IMG/VR virus record: IMGVR_UViG_3300032295_001004
Location: 3,068-67,067 of that record
DNA from: a virus
Lineage: Duplodnaviria > Caudoviricetes
Direction: 5' to 3' (one strand)
DNA: 64,000 bases
Made by a program: the position numbers and the translations under genes. The notes below the pieces were generated by a model. The model did not search any database and was not told the DNA's origin. It worked only from the letters and a program-made list of their open reading frames with translations. Of the stretch, positions 1 through 8,594 are shown in pieces (within the stretch, counting starts at the first letter, position 1; the number at the start of each line of letters is the position of its first letter).

Positions 1-42
1 TATTCAACAACTAAAATCATTCAAGATATTACTAATAGGTGA
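1..42 (+). CDS. 3' end of a probable HldE/RfaE domain II-type nucleotidyltransferase (partial)
   Basis: Frame 1 reads YSTTKIIQDITNR-stop, the typical C-terminus of RfaE domain II. It overlaps the downstream RfaE kinase gene. Confidence 0.5.
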   Translation, partial: YSTTKIIQDITNR

Positions 43-748
43 CAACTGTACTGATGTATATCAATACGGAACAGTAGATCGTATTAGTCCAGAAGCACCT
101 ATTCCTGTGTTTGTTCCTAGTTATAAAGAAGAACGCCATGGCATGGCAGGTAATGTTTTTAACAATTTAGAAGCATTAGGTTGCGAAGTAGAATATCTAT
201 TTGGCGAAACTAGTACCAAGACTCGACTTATCGATGCTCGTAGCAAACAGCAGATTGTAAGGATTGACAACGATGTTAAATCTTCTCCTATTCAATTTGA
301 AACTGCTATTCCCGATATTTACGATGCTATTGTTATTAGTGATTATTGTAAAGGTACAATATCATACGAGCTAGTTGAAGAAATTATCAAAGAGGTCAAA
401 TGTCCAGTGTTTATTGACACAAAGAAACACGATCTAGCTAGATTCGAGGGTGCCGTTATTAAGATTAATGCACACGAGTTTAGTCAACTAGTTAGTAAAC
501 CTAGTAGTCGGAATCTTATCGTAACACAAGGAGACAAGGGTGTTCTATGGGACGGATGGGCGATGCCTCCAGACATAGTTGAAGTAGCAGATGTATGTGG
601 GGCAGGAGATACATTCCTAGCTGCACTAGTGTACTCTTACTTAGACACTAAAGATATGAGGACAGCAATTAGATTTGCTATTAAAGCTGCCGGTGTGAGT
701 GTACAGCATATTGGCTGTTATGCGCCTAGACTAGAGGAGCTTATATGA
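2..748 (+). CDS. rfaE: PfkB-family sugar kinase, HldE/RfaE domain I (heptose-7-phosphate kinase-like); 5' end lies before the window
   Basis: The frame is open back to the window start (KILLIGDNCTDVYQYGTVDRISPEAPIPV). Motifs GMAGNV, ISDYCKG, KIN and DVCGAGDTFLAAL are present. Confidence 0.85.
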   Translation: MQQLKSFKILLIGDNCTDVYQYGTVDRISPEAPIPVFVPSYKEERHGMAGNVFNNLEALGCEVEYLFGETSTKTRLIDARSKQQIVRIDNDVKSSPIQFETAIPDIYDAIVISDYCKGTISYELVEEIIKEVKCPVFIDTKKHDLARFEGAVIKINAHEFSQLVSKPSSRNLIVTQGDKGVLWDGWAMPPDIVEVADVCGAGDTFLAALVYSYLDTKDMRTAIRFAIKAAGVSVQHIGCYAPRLEELI

Positions 749-1443
749 TAGTCTCTCATAAACTAGATGTAAACCCAGACGAATATTGTTACGAAACTAA
801 AATTAAATTTTCAGAAGATTTCTGCACTAAACTACTAAACAAAATTTTAGAAGACGATAGTTTTTTAATTAGACGGAAGAGATATCTAGATCCAAAAGAA
901 CATTTAAAAGAAATTGCATCTACTTTAAATTTTGAGGATGGTAAATTGCTTGCTCGAAGAATACATCAAGTATACAAATACTATCCAAATCAGATGCCTA
1001 TTGAGTTTAAACAATACTCTATGCCAGAAGATTTAACAAAAGAGTTTGACAGTTTAATCCCGCAGTGGCTTAAAGACATTGTGCCCGGAGAACCTAAAGC
1101 TGTAGTACAAATTAGTCAAGGTGGTGATTTCCTAGGCGTGCATAAAGGACATCAACGACAAAGTTCTTTGTTTATGCTATTACAAGGAAACGACGAAGAA
1201 ACACGATGGTATAAAGATACCGGTGAATTTAAAGTAATTGATTTTTATAGGATTCCAGATTTAGAAAAAATTGAACATGTTGTAACTGCAAAGCTAGAAC
1301 CGTTTAAATGGACCATGTTTAATCATAAAGCATGGCATAGTGTGCATAAATTTAATAGCACAGGAATTAGAATTAATATAGGTATTGATTTTGACAGTGT
1401 TCCAGCAGAGGAACTAGTTAGAATTATTAAAGAACACGAATAA
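745..1443 (+). CDS. Putative 2OG-Fe(II)/cupin (DSBH) oxygenase-like protein
   Basis: VHKGH...FNHKAWHSV...RINIGIDF pattern resembles the other DSBH paralogs here. The HxD motif is atypical (HKG). Confidence 0.45.
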   Translation: MIVSHKLDVNPDEYCYETKIKFSEDFCTKLLNKILEDDSFLIRRKRYLDPKEHLKEIASTLNFEDGKLLARRIHQVYKYYPNQMPIEFKQYSMPEDLTKEFDSLIPQWLKDIVPGEPKAVVQISQGGDFLGVHKGHQRQSSLFMLLQGNDEETRWYKDTGEFKVIDFYRIPDLEKIEHVVTAKLEPFKWTMFNHKAWHSVHKFNSTGIRINIGIDFDSVPAEELVRIIKEHE

Positions 1444-1447
1444 CTTT

Positions 1448-2014
1448 ATGAACAGGTATTATACACAAACACTGATACCTACTCCAAAGGTAGACTGCAA
1501 ATCAGTATGGCCTAACGATCCTACTGATCCTATAGACACAAAACCGAGGTGGAAAACTATACAAGTGAATAATTCAGATCTTTGGTCTGAAGAAATTTAT
1601 AATAAACTAAAATTATGTAACTTAATACCTAGAATGGTAAGAGTATTTAGATGGGCTCCGAATAATTATTATTCATGGCATGTAGATGGGGATTCTAATA
1701 ACAGTAAAGTAGTACCATTTGCAATTAATTGGATAGTTGAAGGAGCAGGATTAGTACAGTGGAACCCTAATCTACCTTTAAATAAGCCTAGCGAAAAAAT
1801 GGCATATACAAATTTAGGGTATTATAACGGATCTAAAGATGATGCATATGAAGAACAAACATCCGGACACGGTTGTATATTAAATACAGAAATAATACAT
1901 AGAGTTATAAATTTAGAAAACATTCATAGGTTAAGTATTTCTATAATGTTCGACTTCAACCTAAACTACTGTGATACTGTTAATAATTTAAAACAACAGG
2001 GATTAATAGTATAA
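1448..2014 (+). CDS. Putative 2OG-Fe(II) oxygenase-like protein
   Basis: WHVD ... IIHRV ... RLSISI (HxD...H...R pattern). Confidence 0.55.
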   Translation: MNRYYTQTLIPTPKVDCKSVWPNDPTDPIDTKPRWKTIQVNNSDLWSEEIYNKLKLCNLIPRMVRVFRWAPNNYYSWHVDGDSNNSKVVPFAINWIVEGAGLVQWNPNLPLNKPSEKMAYTNLGYYNGSKDDAYEEQTSGHGCILNTEIIHRVINLENIHRLSISIMFDFNLNYCDTVNNLKQQGLIV

Positions 2015-2154
2015 TGAGCACAAAAGAAACACTAGAAAAAGCATACGGTGGAATTCCTAAAGAAATAGGTTTATATACTCAATTTGACACAGTGATTGCA
2101 TGGCGTGGTGTTAAATATTATTGGTTAAAATTTATTCGTAAATTTACAAGATAA
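2014..2154 (+). CDS. Small hypothetical protein (46 aa, MSTKETLEKAYGG...)
   Basis: TAATG coupling with the upstream gene; ends just before tRNA-Gly. Not in the ORF track. Confidence 0.5.
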   Translation: MSTKETLEKAYGGIPKEIGLYTQFDTVIAWRGVKYYWLKFIRKFTR

Positions 2155-2155
2155 C

Positions 2156-2229
2156 GCGGGATTAGTTTAATGGTCAAACGAAACCTTGCCAAGGTTTAGT
2201 CAGGAGTTCGATTCTCCTATCCCGCTCCA
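2156..2229 (+). tRNA. tRNA-Gly(GCC)
   Basis: Acceptor GCGGGAT/ATCCCGC, anticodon loop TT-GCC-AA, TTCGATT T-loop, U73, encoded CCA. Confidence 0.93.
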
Positions 2230-2234
2230 GATTC

Positions 2235-2261
2235 AAGCCGTTACTATAAGTAACGGTTTTT
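2235..2261 (+). terminator. Intrinsic terminator-like hairpin after tRNA-Gly
   Basis: AGCCGTTAC-tataa-GTAACGGTT followed by a T-run. Confidence 0.6.
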
Positions 2262-2300
2262 CACATTTAAAGATAAGTACAATTATAATGACAGGCAATC

Positions 2301-2735
2301 ATGTTACACATCATAGACTCACCTACCGATCCGTTGATCAAACTTATCCAGGATGATCCTGTTCGCCCAGACATTCCAGTTGACTTTAGAATAAGCAACA
2401 ACAATCAAATTTTTGTTCTTTTAGATGATGATAGTAACCACCAAGCTGTTGTGTGTGTTGCCTATAAAGATTATATTCCAGCTGATGAAGATCAGCTAAT
2501 GCATGCCTCTGAACTTCCTACTACAGCAGTATTTTACACTATTTGGAGTTATACTCCGGGTTCTGGAAAAAAGCTAATTAGGCAGGCCAAGAAGCATATA
2601 GAAGAAAACAAAACAACTATTACAAAATTCGTAACACTAAGTCCTCGCACTGAAATGGCAAGAACATTTCATTTAAAGAACGGTGCTAGTGTGTTTCGTG
2701 AAAACGAAACTAGTGTAAACTACGAATATCATTAA
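2301..2735 (+). CDS. Hypothetical protein, possibly GNAT-like fold
   Basis: AVFYTIWSY..GSGKKLI...FVTLSP..MARTFHLKNGA resembles GNAT motif A/B spacing. Confidence 0.4.
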   Translation: MLHIIDSPTDPLIKLIQDDPVRPDIPVDFRISNNNQIFVLLDDDSNHQAVVCVAYKDYIPADEDQLMHASELPTTAVFYTIWSYTPGSGKKLIRQAKKHIEENKTTITKFVTLSPRTEMARTFHLKNGASVFRENETSVNYEYH

Positions 2736-2810
2736 GCCCCTTTAGTGAAATGGATATCATCTCTGTCTTCGAAACAGAGGGTGGGAGTTCGATCCTCTCA
2801 GGGGGCGCCA
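2736..2810 (+). tRNA. tRNA-Arg(UCG)
   Basis: Acceptor GCCCCTT/AGGGGGC, anticodon arm TCTGT-CT-TCG-AA-ACAGA, TTCGATC T-loop, CCA. Confidence 0.9.
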
Positions 2811-2814
2811 ATTA

Positions 2815-2888
2815 GCTCTTGTAGTATAAAGGTATTACACTTCCTTGGTAAGGATGAGACCCTGGATCGTTCCCAGGCTAGAGCACCA
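2815..2888 (+). tRNA. tRNA-Thr(GGU), atypical T-loop
   Basis: Acceptor GCTCTTG/CTAGAGC (one mismatch), loop TT-GGT-AA, T-stem CCTGG/CCAGG with loop ATCGTTC, CCA. Confidence 0.75.
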
Positions 2889-2894
2889 TAACAC

Positions 2895-2923
2895 TTGACA
2901 ACTTGGTAAAAACCAAGTACAAT
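2895..2923 (+). promoter_or_regulatory. Sigma70-type promoter
   Basis: TTGACA-N17-TACAAT; the spacer contains an inverted repeat CTTGGT/ACCAAG. Confidence 0.8.
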
Positions 2924-2942
2924 AAACTTTAAGGAGAATCAT

Positions 2943-3416
2943 ATGCCATGGATTGAAAATGTAGCAGCCGCTGATATACCTACTAGGTTCCATCACGAAG
3001 CTGGTGAGAACAGTATGCTGATCAGTATTGTTGATCCGGCAAGCTGGAGACCGACACCTGCCCACAAGTTCAAAGAACAGCATAACTTTGAATTCTTAGA
3101 TATTGAAAAGGATGACTTTGCACTCGATGAAGCTATGCGGTGTAGTCAAGAGCAGGCTAACGAGCTTGTTCGCCTGTTGCAACATGCAAAAGACAATCAC
3201 ATGAATGTGGTTGTTCATTGTTTTGCAGGCATTTGCCGTAGTGGAGCAGTATGCGAAGTTGGAGTCATGATGGGATTCGAAGATACTGGTCGCTTTCGTA
3301 GTCCTAACTTGCTGGTCAAACATCGCATGATGAAAGCCCTCGGTTGGACCTACGATGAAAACGAAAAGCCCAATATCGACGATTGGCGAACTTTCAAACC
3401 TAACGGTGAATATTAA
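2943..3416 (+). CDS. Cys-based dual-specificity/tyrosine phosphatase
   Basis: VVVHCFAGICRSGA matches the HCxxGxxRS P-loop; AGGAG RBS. Confidence 0.8.
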   Translation: MPWIENVAAADIPTRFHHEAGENSMLISIVDPASWRPTPAHKFKEQHNFEFLDIEKDDFALDEAMRCSQEQANELVRLLQHAKDNHMNVVVHCFAGICRSGAVCEVGVMMGFEDTGRFRSPNLLVKHRMMKALGWTYDENEKPNIDDWRTFKPNGEY

Positions 3417-3456
3417 AAGGCAAGCTCTTGACGGGGCTTGCCTTTTCTGCTATAAT
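3415..3456 (+). promoter_or_regulatory. Terminator hairpin fused with a sigma70 promoter
   Basis: 13-bp stem AAAAGGCAAGCTC/GGGCTTGCCTTTT whose 6-nt loop is TTGACG (-35), then N17 and TATAAT at 3451-3456. Confidence 0.8.
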
Positions 3457-3511
3457 ATATATGTACTTATAGGTAGCTAAACTAAATATTTGTACATTAT
3501 AGGAGATCATA

Positions 3512-4210
3512 ATGAAACTTTTAACTATTGCCTTAGCGGTTGCAGTCCTATCAGGTTGTGCTACGCAGGACTATCAAATATACGCAGACGCACAGAAATC
3601 TGTAGCTAATGCTAGGGCGATGTCAGAAGCTGCTCGATATGCGGCACTAGCAGAAATTGCCAAATCCGGTGATACGGCTGCTAAAGTTGCCGCTGTAATG
3701 ACTTTGCAACAAGGTGGTGGGGGTGGTCAGGCTCAACAGCAACAGATGTTGAATCCGCCTAAGTCGTTTGGAGAAACAGCGTTACAGTGGACATCTGTGT
3801 TATTACCTACTTTAACACAATTTTACGGTATCAATGCTAACAGACAAGTAGCTATTACTCAAAGTAATAATCAGGCTGCTATTGCAACTAGTACTAATAA
3901 TACATTTGCAAGTATGAACGGAAACATGGCTAAGTCTAATACAGACATTGCCAATGCCGGATTTACTGCTGTTACTACTGTTGCTAACAACGGACTTACT
4001 GCTGTAACAACTACCGCGGCTAATGGATTGAATGCCGCAACGGCAATAAACGCTAATTCAAATGCCACTATTACTGCAATTTCAAATGCATCCAATGCTA
4101 GTGTACAGGCTATTAGTAGTCAGTTGTCTAAAATACAACCTAATGTAACTACTAATACAACTAATAATTGTGGTGCAAATACGGCTGGCGGAACAGTAAC
4201 CTGCCCGTAA
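3512..4210 (+). CDS. Lipoprotein with Ala/Thr/Asn-rich 11-residue repeats
   Basis: Signal peptide with lipobox LSGC; repeats NAGFTAVTTVA/NNGLTAVTTTA/ANGLNAATAIN. Confidence 0.75.
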   Translation: MKLLTIALAVAVLSGCATQDYQIYADAQKSVANARAMSEAARYAALAEIAKSGDTAAKVAAVMTLQQGGGGGQAQQQQMLNPPKSFGETALQWTSVLLPTLTQFYGINANRQVAITQSNNQAAIATSTNNTFASMNGNMAKSNTDIANAGFTAVTTVANNGLTAVTTTAANGLNAATAINANSNATITAISNASNASVQAISSQLSKIQPNVTTNTTNNCGANTAGGTVTCP

Positions 4211-4230
4211 AAGATTAAGTTCTTTCTACT

Positions 4231-4273
4231 AAGCGCCAGATGTCTTGGCGCTTTTTTATTTTTAGTGTATAAT
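4231..4273 (+). terminator. Intrinsic terminator overlapping a sigma70 promoter
   Basis: AAGCGCCA/TGGCGCTT stem plus T-run; TTGGCG-N17-TATAAT (4245-4273). Confidence 0.7.
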
Positions 4274-4278
4274 ATATT

Positions 4279-4752
4279 ATGAAAAATAAAAAATCAAAAT
4301 GTTTTCAATTGGTCGGAGTGCCAGGTAGCGGAAAATCTACCTGGGTAGCCGAGCAAGACTGGGCGTTAACCTGTGCCCATATTAGCACAGACAAATGGGT
4401 TGAAATCTATGCCAAGGAAGTAGGCAGGACATATTCAGATGTATTCGAATCGTTTATGCCCACTGCCGTAGACCTAATGGCTAAAGAAGTTGTAGCGGCT
4501 CGCGAAATGGGCAGAGATATTATTTGGGATCAAACTTCTACCAAAATATCAAGCCGAAAAAAGAAGTTTAATATGTTACCAGATTATGAGCATATTGCTA
4601 TTGTATTTCGGACTCCTCCAGCAGAAGAATTAATCCGAAGATTAAGCAGTCGTCCGGGCAAGGAAATACCCACTCATGTCGTGGACAGTATGATCAAGGG
4701 TTGGGAAGAACCGACTGAAGATGAAGGCTTTACGGAGATTTGGTATGTCTAA
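4279..4752 (+). CDS. P-loop kinase (AAA_33/polynucleotide kinase-like)
   Basis: GVPGSGKST Walker A; WDQT; R..SRPGKEIP lid. Confidence 0.8.
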   Translation: MKNKKSKCFQLVGVPGSGKSTWVAEQDWALTCAHISTDKWVEIYAKEVGRTYSDVFESFMPTAVDLMAKEVVAAREMGRDIIWDQTSTKISSRKKKFNMLPDYEHIAIVFRTPPAEELIRRLSSRPGKEIPTHVVDSMIKGWEEPTEDEGFTEIWYV

Positions 4753-4981
4753 AGAAATCCCAACACATAAAGATAAGCTCGGCCGGCTTATTACAGTGGG
4801 TGATTTTGTAGCATTTCCATACCATAATAGTCTTGAGGTAGGAATGGTTAAAAAGCTCAATCCAAAAATGATCGGAGTCGGGCGTATAAAAAGTCAGTGT
4901 ACTCAAAACAAATACCCGCAAGATTTGATCAAGGTTGAGGGCCCGGAAGTTAGTATGTACTTACTTAAAAAAGCCGGTTGA
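4745..4981 (+). CDS. Hypothetical protein
   Basis: MSKEIPTH start with GGAG RBS, overlapping the upstream stop. Confidence 0.6.
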   Translation: MSKEIPTHKDKLGRLITVGDFVAFPYHNSLEVGMVKKLNPKMIGVGRIKSQCTQNKYPQDLIKVEGPEVSMYLLKKAG

Positions 4982-5006
4982 CAAGACTGGTAAAACCTGT
5001 TATACT
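4978..5006 (+). promoter_or_regulatory. Sigma70-type promoter
   Basis: TTGACA-N17-TATACT. Confidence 0.8.
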
Positions 5007-5037
5007 GTAAGTACAGTAAATAGAAAGGTGGTACAAA

Positions 5038-5250
5038 ATGGCCCGTATTGCAAAACCCAATGTTCAAGCATTCCGTGTAACTCTCACAGAGTATGAGCGT
5101 GGTTGGGGTTCTAAGCCCTGGGACGATGTCTATTTTGACAACGAAGCAGAAGCCCGCCAATATGCTATTGATTATAACAAAGAGCACAACACTGCCGCAT
5201 CGGCTCCAGATTGGTATGTGAGAGCAGACTATGCAGGAAAGGTTGCATAA
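5038..5250 (+). CDS. Hypothetical protein
   Basis: 70 aa ORF with AAGGTGG RBS directly after the promoter. Confidence 0.65.
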   Translation: MARIAKPNVQAFRVTLTEYERGWGSKPWDDVYFDNEAEARQYAIDYNKEHNTAASAPDWYVRADYAGKVA

Positions 5251-5648
5251 TGGAATTCTTGGTTGAAACTCGTAGTGCAAAGAAACGCAAATTCATAGAG
5301 GCAATTTTGCCCTCTATGATCCAGCAACTCAAACTAGAAAACAGTAAAAAAGTTCTTCTAGTTAGGGTTGCTAAAGAGTGTGACGGTCAAGGCATGACTA
5401 TGCCGTTGGATGGTTTAGATGCCTATGTTGTAGTTGTACAGCCTGGAAATTATATTGATATGGGCTCAACACTTGCACACGAAATGGTTCATGTGCGACA
5501 AATGGCCAAAGGTATCCTTAGGGTAGAAAATGGTATTAACTATTGGCGTGGAAAGAAGTACAGCAAGAAAACCAAGTACTTAGACATGCCGTGGGAACAA
5601 GATGCGTTTTCAAAACAAGAACTTATTTTTAGAAGGGCTGTAGAATAA
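5250..5648 (+). CDS. HExxH zincin-like putative metallopeptidase
   Basis: TLAHEMVHVRQ ... PWEQDA; TAATG-coupled start. Confidence 0.6.
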   Translation: MEFLVETRSAKKRKFIEAILPSMIQQLKLENSKKVLLVRVAKECDGQGMTMPLDGLDAYVVVVQPGNYIDMGSTLAHEMVHVRQMAKGILRVENGINYWRGKKYSKKTKYLDMPWEQDAFSKQELIFRRAVE

Positions 5649-5842
5649 TGAATATTTCAAAAATACAACAAGAACAAATTAAGAGTTATAATTTAGAGCA
5701 AGTCAATCTTCAAAGAAAACGAGAAGAAGATTATCGTAAACTTGTTGAAAAAAGAAACTTTGATCAAATTGTAGCGGACCGAGTGGAAAGAAATCGTCGC
5801 CTGGATGCAGACAAAGGTAAGAATATAGATTTAGAATGTTAG
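5648..5842 (+). CDS. Hypothetical coiled-coil protein
   Basis: TAATG-coupled 64 aa charged ORF. Confidence 0.55.
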   Translation: MNISKIQQEQIKSYNLEQVNLQRKREEDYRKLVEKRNFDQIVADRVERNRRLDADKGKNIDLEC

Positions 5843-5853
5843 AAAAGAAATGA

Positions 5854-6087
5854 ATGTATAAAGTAATAAGCAAAAGTGGATTACCACTATTCGAATGTGA
5901 CACACTAAACGGTGCAATGGCATTTGCCAAAACTGTTGGAATGTTTGTAACCATCACAGGTGCAAACTTTGAAGTGTGTGGTATATTTGGAGTAGATAGT
6001 ATTAAGAATGGTAAGTGCCCAGATGGTGTTGCTTACGATTGGAATAAGGCGAGTCGTATTGGTCGCGTTAAAAAAGAACGAGTTTAA
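5854..6087 (+). CDS. Hypothetical protein
   Basis: 77 aa ORF in the operon. Confidence 0.55.
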   Translation: MYKVISKSGLPLFECDTLNGAMAFAKTVGMFVTITGANFEVCGIFGVDSIKNGKCPDGVAYDWNKASRIGRVKKERV

Positions 6088-6100
6088 AAAGGAGGCGAAT

Positions 6101-6703
6101 ATGCCAAGTGTATTTTTAGTTAGCGATACCCACTTCGGACACACCGGTGTATGTCGCTTCACACGCAACGATGGTGTTACAAAGTTAAGGCCCTGGGATA
6201 GTCCCGAAGAAATGGACGAAGCTATGGTCAAGGCCTGGAACGAACGGGTTAAGCCCACAGACAAGGTCTACCATTTAGGTGATGTTGTTATTAACCGCAA
6301 GGCATTAAAGACATTAGCCCGCTTAAACGGCGACAAGGTCTTAATCCGTGGTAACCACGACATCTTCCGTGATGACGAGTACCGTGAGTACTTTCGTGAA
6401 TTGAGGGCCTACCATGTGATGAATGGACTTATTTTAAGTCATATTCCTGTTCATGAAGCAAGCCTTGGTAGGTTTGGTTGTAATATACACGGACACTTAC
6501 ACGCCAACAGAGTTATGAAGGCGAGAGGTGTTGATGCCCGAACTGGTGAAATCTTATACAGCGATGAGATTGATCCAAGATACTGGTGTGCCTGTGTAGA
6601 GCAAACAGACTTCGCTCCTATCCTTTTTGAAGATGCCTTAAAGAGGATTGCGGAACAAGGAGGCACCGTGGGCTTCAAGTCCGGGAACGGTCCTACAATG
6701 TAA
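6101..6703 (+). CDS. Calcineurin-like metallophosphoesterase
   Basis: DTHFGH, LGD, GNHD, HGHLH motifs; AGGAGG RBS before ATG 6101. Confidence 0.88.
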   Translation: MPSVFLVSDTHFGHTGVCRFTRNDGVTKLRPWDSPEEMDEAMVKAWNERVKPTDKVYHLGDVVINRKALKTLARLNGDKVLIRGNHDIFRDDEYREYFRELRAYHVMNGLILSHIPVHEASLGRFGCNIHGHLHANRVMKARGVDARTGEILYSDEIDPRYWCACVEQTDFAPILFEDALKRIAEQGGTVGFKSGNGPTM

Positions 6704-6726
6704 AAGGCCCTTCGGGGCCTTTTTTT
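6702..6726 (+). terminator. Intrinsic terminator
   Basis: AAAAGGCCC-TTCG-GGGCCTTTT followed by a T-run. Confidence 0.88.
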
Positions 6727-6746
6727 ACGGCTGTAGTTTCACCACC

Positions 6747-6754
6747 TATAAATA
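6747..6754 (+). promoter_or_regulatory. T4-type late promoter
   Basis: Exact TATAAATA 17 nt before the ATG of 6772 and directly after a terminator. Confidence 0.65.
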
Positions 6755-6771
6755 GGTTAGAGGATTACATA

Positions 6772-7395
6772 ATGTATCACCATCTACTAGGACGCCTACC
6801 ATTAGACACAATTAATTTTTTTAAAACTGAAATTGTAAAACGAAGACTTACTGCAAATCCGTATGAATGGATTATGTTTGATGATTTTCTAAATTTAGAG
6901 TTTTTGAAAATTTTTGAAAATACAGAATTAAAGGTTCAATGGAATAACTCTCTTAAGATTCCAAGACCTGTTCAAAAAGCATTTTACAGCGCACCAGGTC
7001 ACGGGTTTAGAATACACAAAGACGGAACACATTGTAAAAGTGCATTGAATATTGCAATCTCTTGCAATGTCAATGATTGGGTAAGATGGTATGACGAAGA
7101 TTTTATCAACAATTTAAAACAGGATACCGAGTATTCAGTTAACACACATGGTGGAACTTCAAGAGATCTTAATATTAAAGAATACGAGAATATTCCTTGT
7201 ATAAAAGAGGTGCATAATAAAATAGGCGATGTATATGTAGTAGACACAGACACATGGCATTCGTTTAAATGTAACGGTCCAGAACCAAGAATTGTTATTC
7301 AAACCAAGTTTGAAGGATTTCCTAACTTAGATACAATTAAAGAATCTTTAATAAAAAAGAGCTTTTCGAACCTTATACCAATTAACGAGACATAA
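6772..7395 (+). CDS. Putative 2OG-Fe(II) oxygenase-like protein
   Basis: RIHKD ... TWHSF ... RIVIQ. Confidence 0.55.
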   Translation: MYHHLLGRLPLDTINFFKTEIVKRRLTANPYEWIMFDDFLNLEFLKIFENTELKVQWNNSLKIPRPVQKAFYSAPGHGFRIHKDGTHCKSALNIAISCNVNDWVRWYDEDFINNLKQDTEYSVNTHGGTSRDLNIKEYENIPCIKEVHNKIGDVYVVDTDTWHSFKCNGPEPRIVIQTKFEGFPNLDTIKESLIKKSFSNLIPINET

Positions 7396-8594
7396 TGTTT
7401 TTTATAGAAGATAAAAATTTTACTAAATTTGGATATTACCAAATAGGCAATATCAAAACTCTAAGCAAGTACGAAGCATGGACTTTTTCAAAAGAAGATC
7501 CTGCACAAATAAAATTTATTTTTAACGACGAGATAATGGATCAACAGGATTGGGCTACAGAACCAATTGAAGATATTTACGAGTTATACAGACAGAGAGC
7601 ACAGCAACTAAGAAACGATTACGATTATCTTGTTTTAATGTACAGTGGTGGCATAGACAGCACAACTATCTTTGAAACATTTCTTAATAATGGAATAAAG
7701 TTAGACGAAGTATGTTCGTTCTCTAACGCAGATGTAGACGACAAAGATAATAAATTCAATCAAGAAATCTTTAATAGAGCTATACCTGTAATAAACGGAA
7801 TTGAGCTAGGCAAATTAGGTACTAAATTTCGATATGTAGAAATAGGCAAACTAGTTGTTGACCAATGGGCTGATGAATTTCATTATGAAAACTTTCATCA
7901 TTACTCCAATGGACCACAATGGTGGGTAACAAGATCTCATAAGTTTAAAGAGAGTATAGAAGACCATATGAAACTAACAGAACAAGGTAAAAAAGTTTGT
8001 TACATATGGGGATATGATAAACCGCATCTTGTTATAGAAGATGGAAAGTTTGGTATTAAGTTTATTGATGCAGCCGTTGATATTGGCGCAAGACAATTTA
8101 CCAATCATTCCCTGTTAAAAGAAAAGTTTTTAAATTTTTATGACGAGCCATTTTACATAAGCAAAGACTTTCCTAAGATATCTATTAAGCAAGGTCATAT
8201 GCTTATTAAGCTGTTAGCAACTATTCCTCTAACAGACAGTAGAATAGTATCTAGAGATCAATTGCCTGCAACCGGTCCTTTTGTCATGGTACCTAATACT
8301 GATAACAAATATCTAACTAAGAAAACTGTAGACGGTTGTATATATCCAAGAGCACTACTACATTTATTCGGTGACGATAAAGTTAGAGGTAGCATTGTTT
8401 TTTCAGCGAAAGACAAATGGTTCACACAATCAAATCACGAAAACAGATTCTTATGGGACCAAAAAATGCGAGAAATTGTTACTAAACATAGAAACTATTT
8501 CACATATTTTAAATCAAAAGAATTTGGTTTGGTACCAAGAGTACAACAAGCATTTAGAAGTAAGACACATTTTATAAAAAGTATCAATCAATGA
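7395..8594 (+). CDS. PP-loop (N-type ATP pyrophosphatase, asparagine synthase C-domain-like) protein
   Basis: LVLMYSGGIDS PP-loop; no N-terminal Cys glutaminase domain. Confidence 0.65.
   Translation: MFFIEDKNFTKFGYYQIGNIKTLSKYEAWTFSKEDPAQIKFIFNDEIMDQQDWATEPIEDIYELYRQRAQQLRNDYDYLVLMYSGGIDSTTIFETFLNNGIKLDEVCSFSNADVDDKDNKFNQEIFNRAIPVINGIELGKLGTKFRYVEIGKLVVDQWADEFHYENFHHYSNGPQWWVTRSHKFKESIEDHMKLTEQGKKVCYIWGYDKPHLVIEDGKFGIKFIDAAVDIGARQFTNHSLLKEKFLNFYDEPFYISKDFPKISIKQGHMLIKLLATIPLTDSRIVSRDQLPATGPFVMVPNTDNKYLTKKTVDGCIYPRALLHLFGDDKVRGSIVFSAKDKWFTQSNHENRFLWDQKMREIVTKHRNYFTYFKSKEFGLVPRVQQAFRSKTHFIKSINQ

Noticed and set aside
2835-3323. Minus-strand ORFs over tRNA-Thr and the phosphatase
   Set aside because: They overlap better-supported plus-strand features and have no recognisable motifs.
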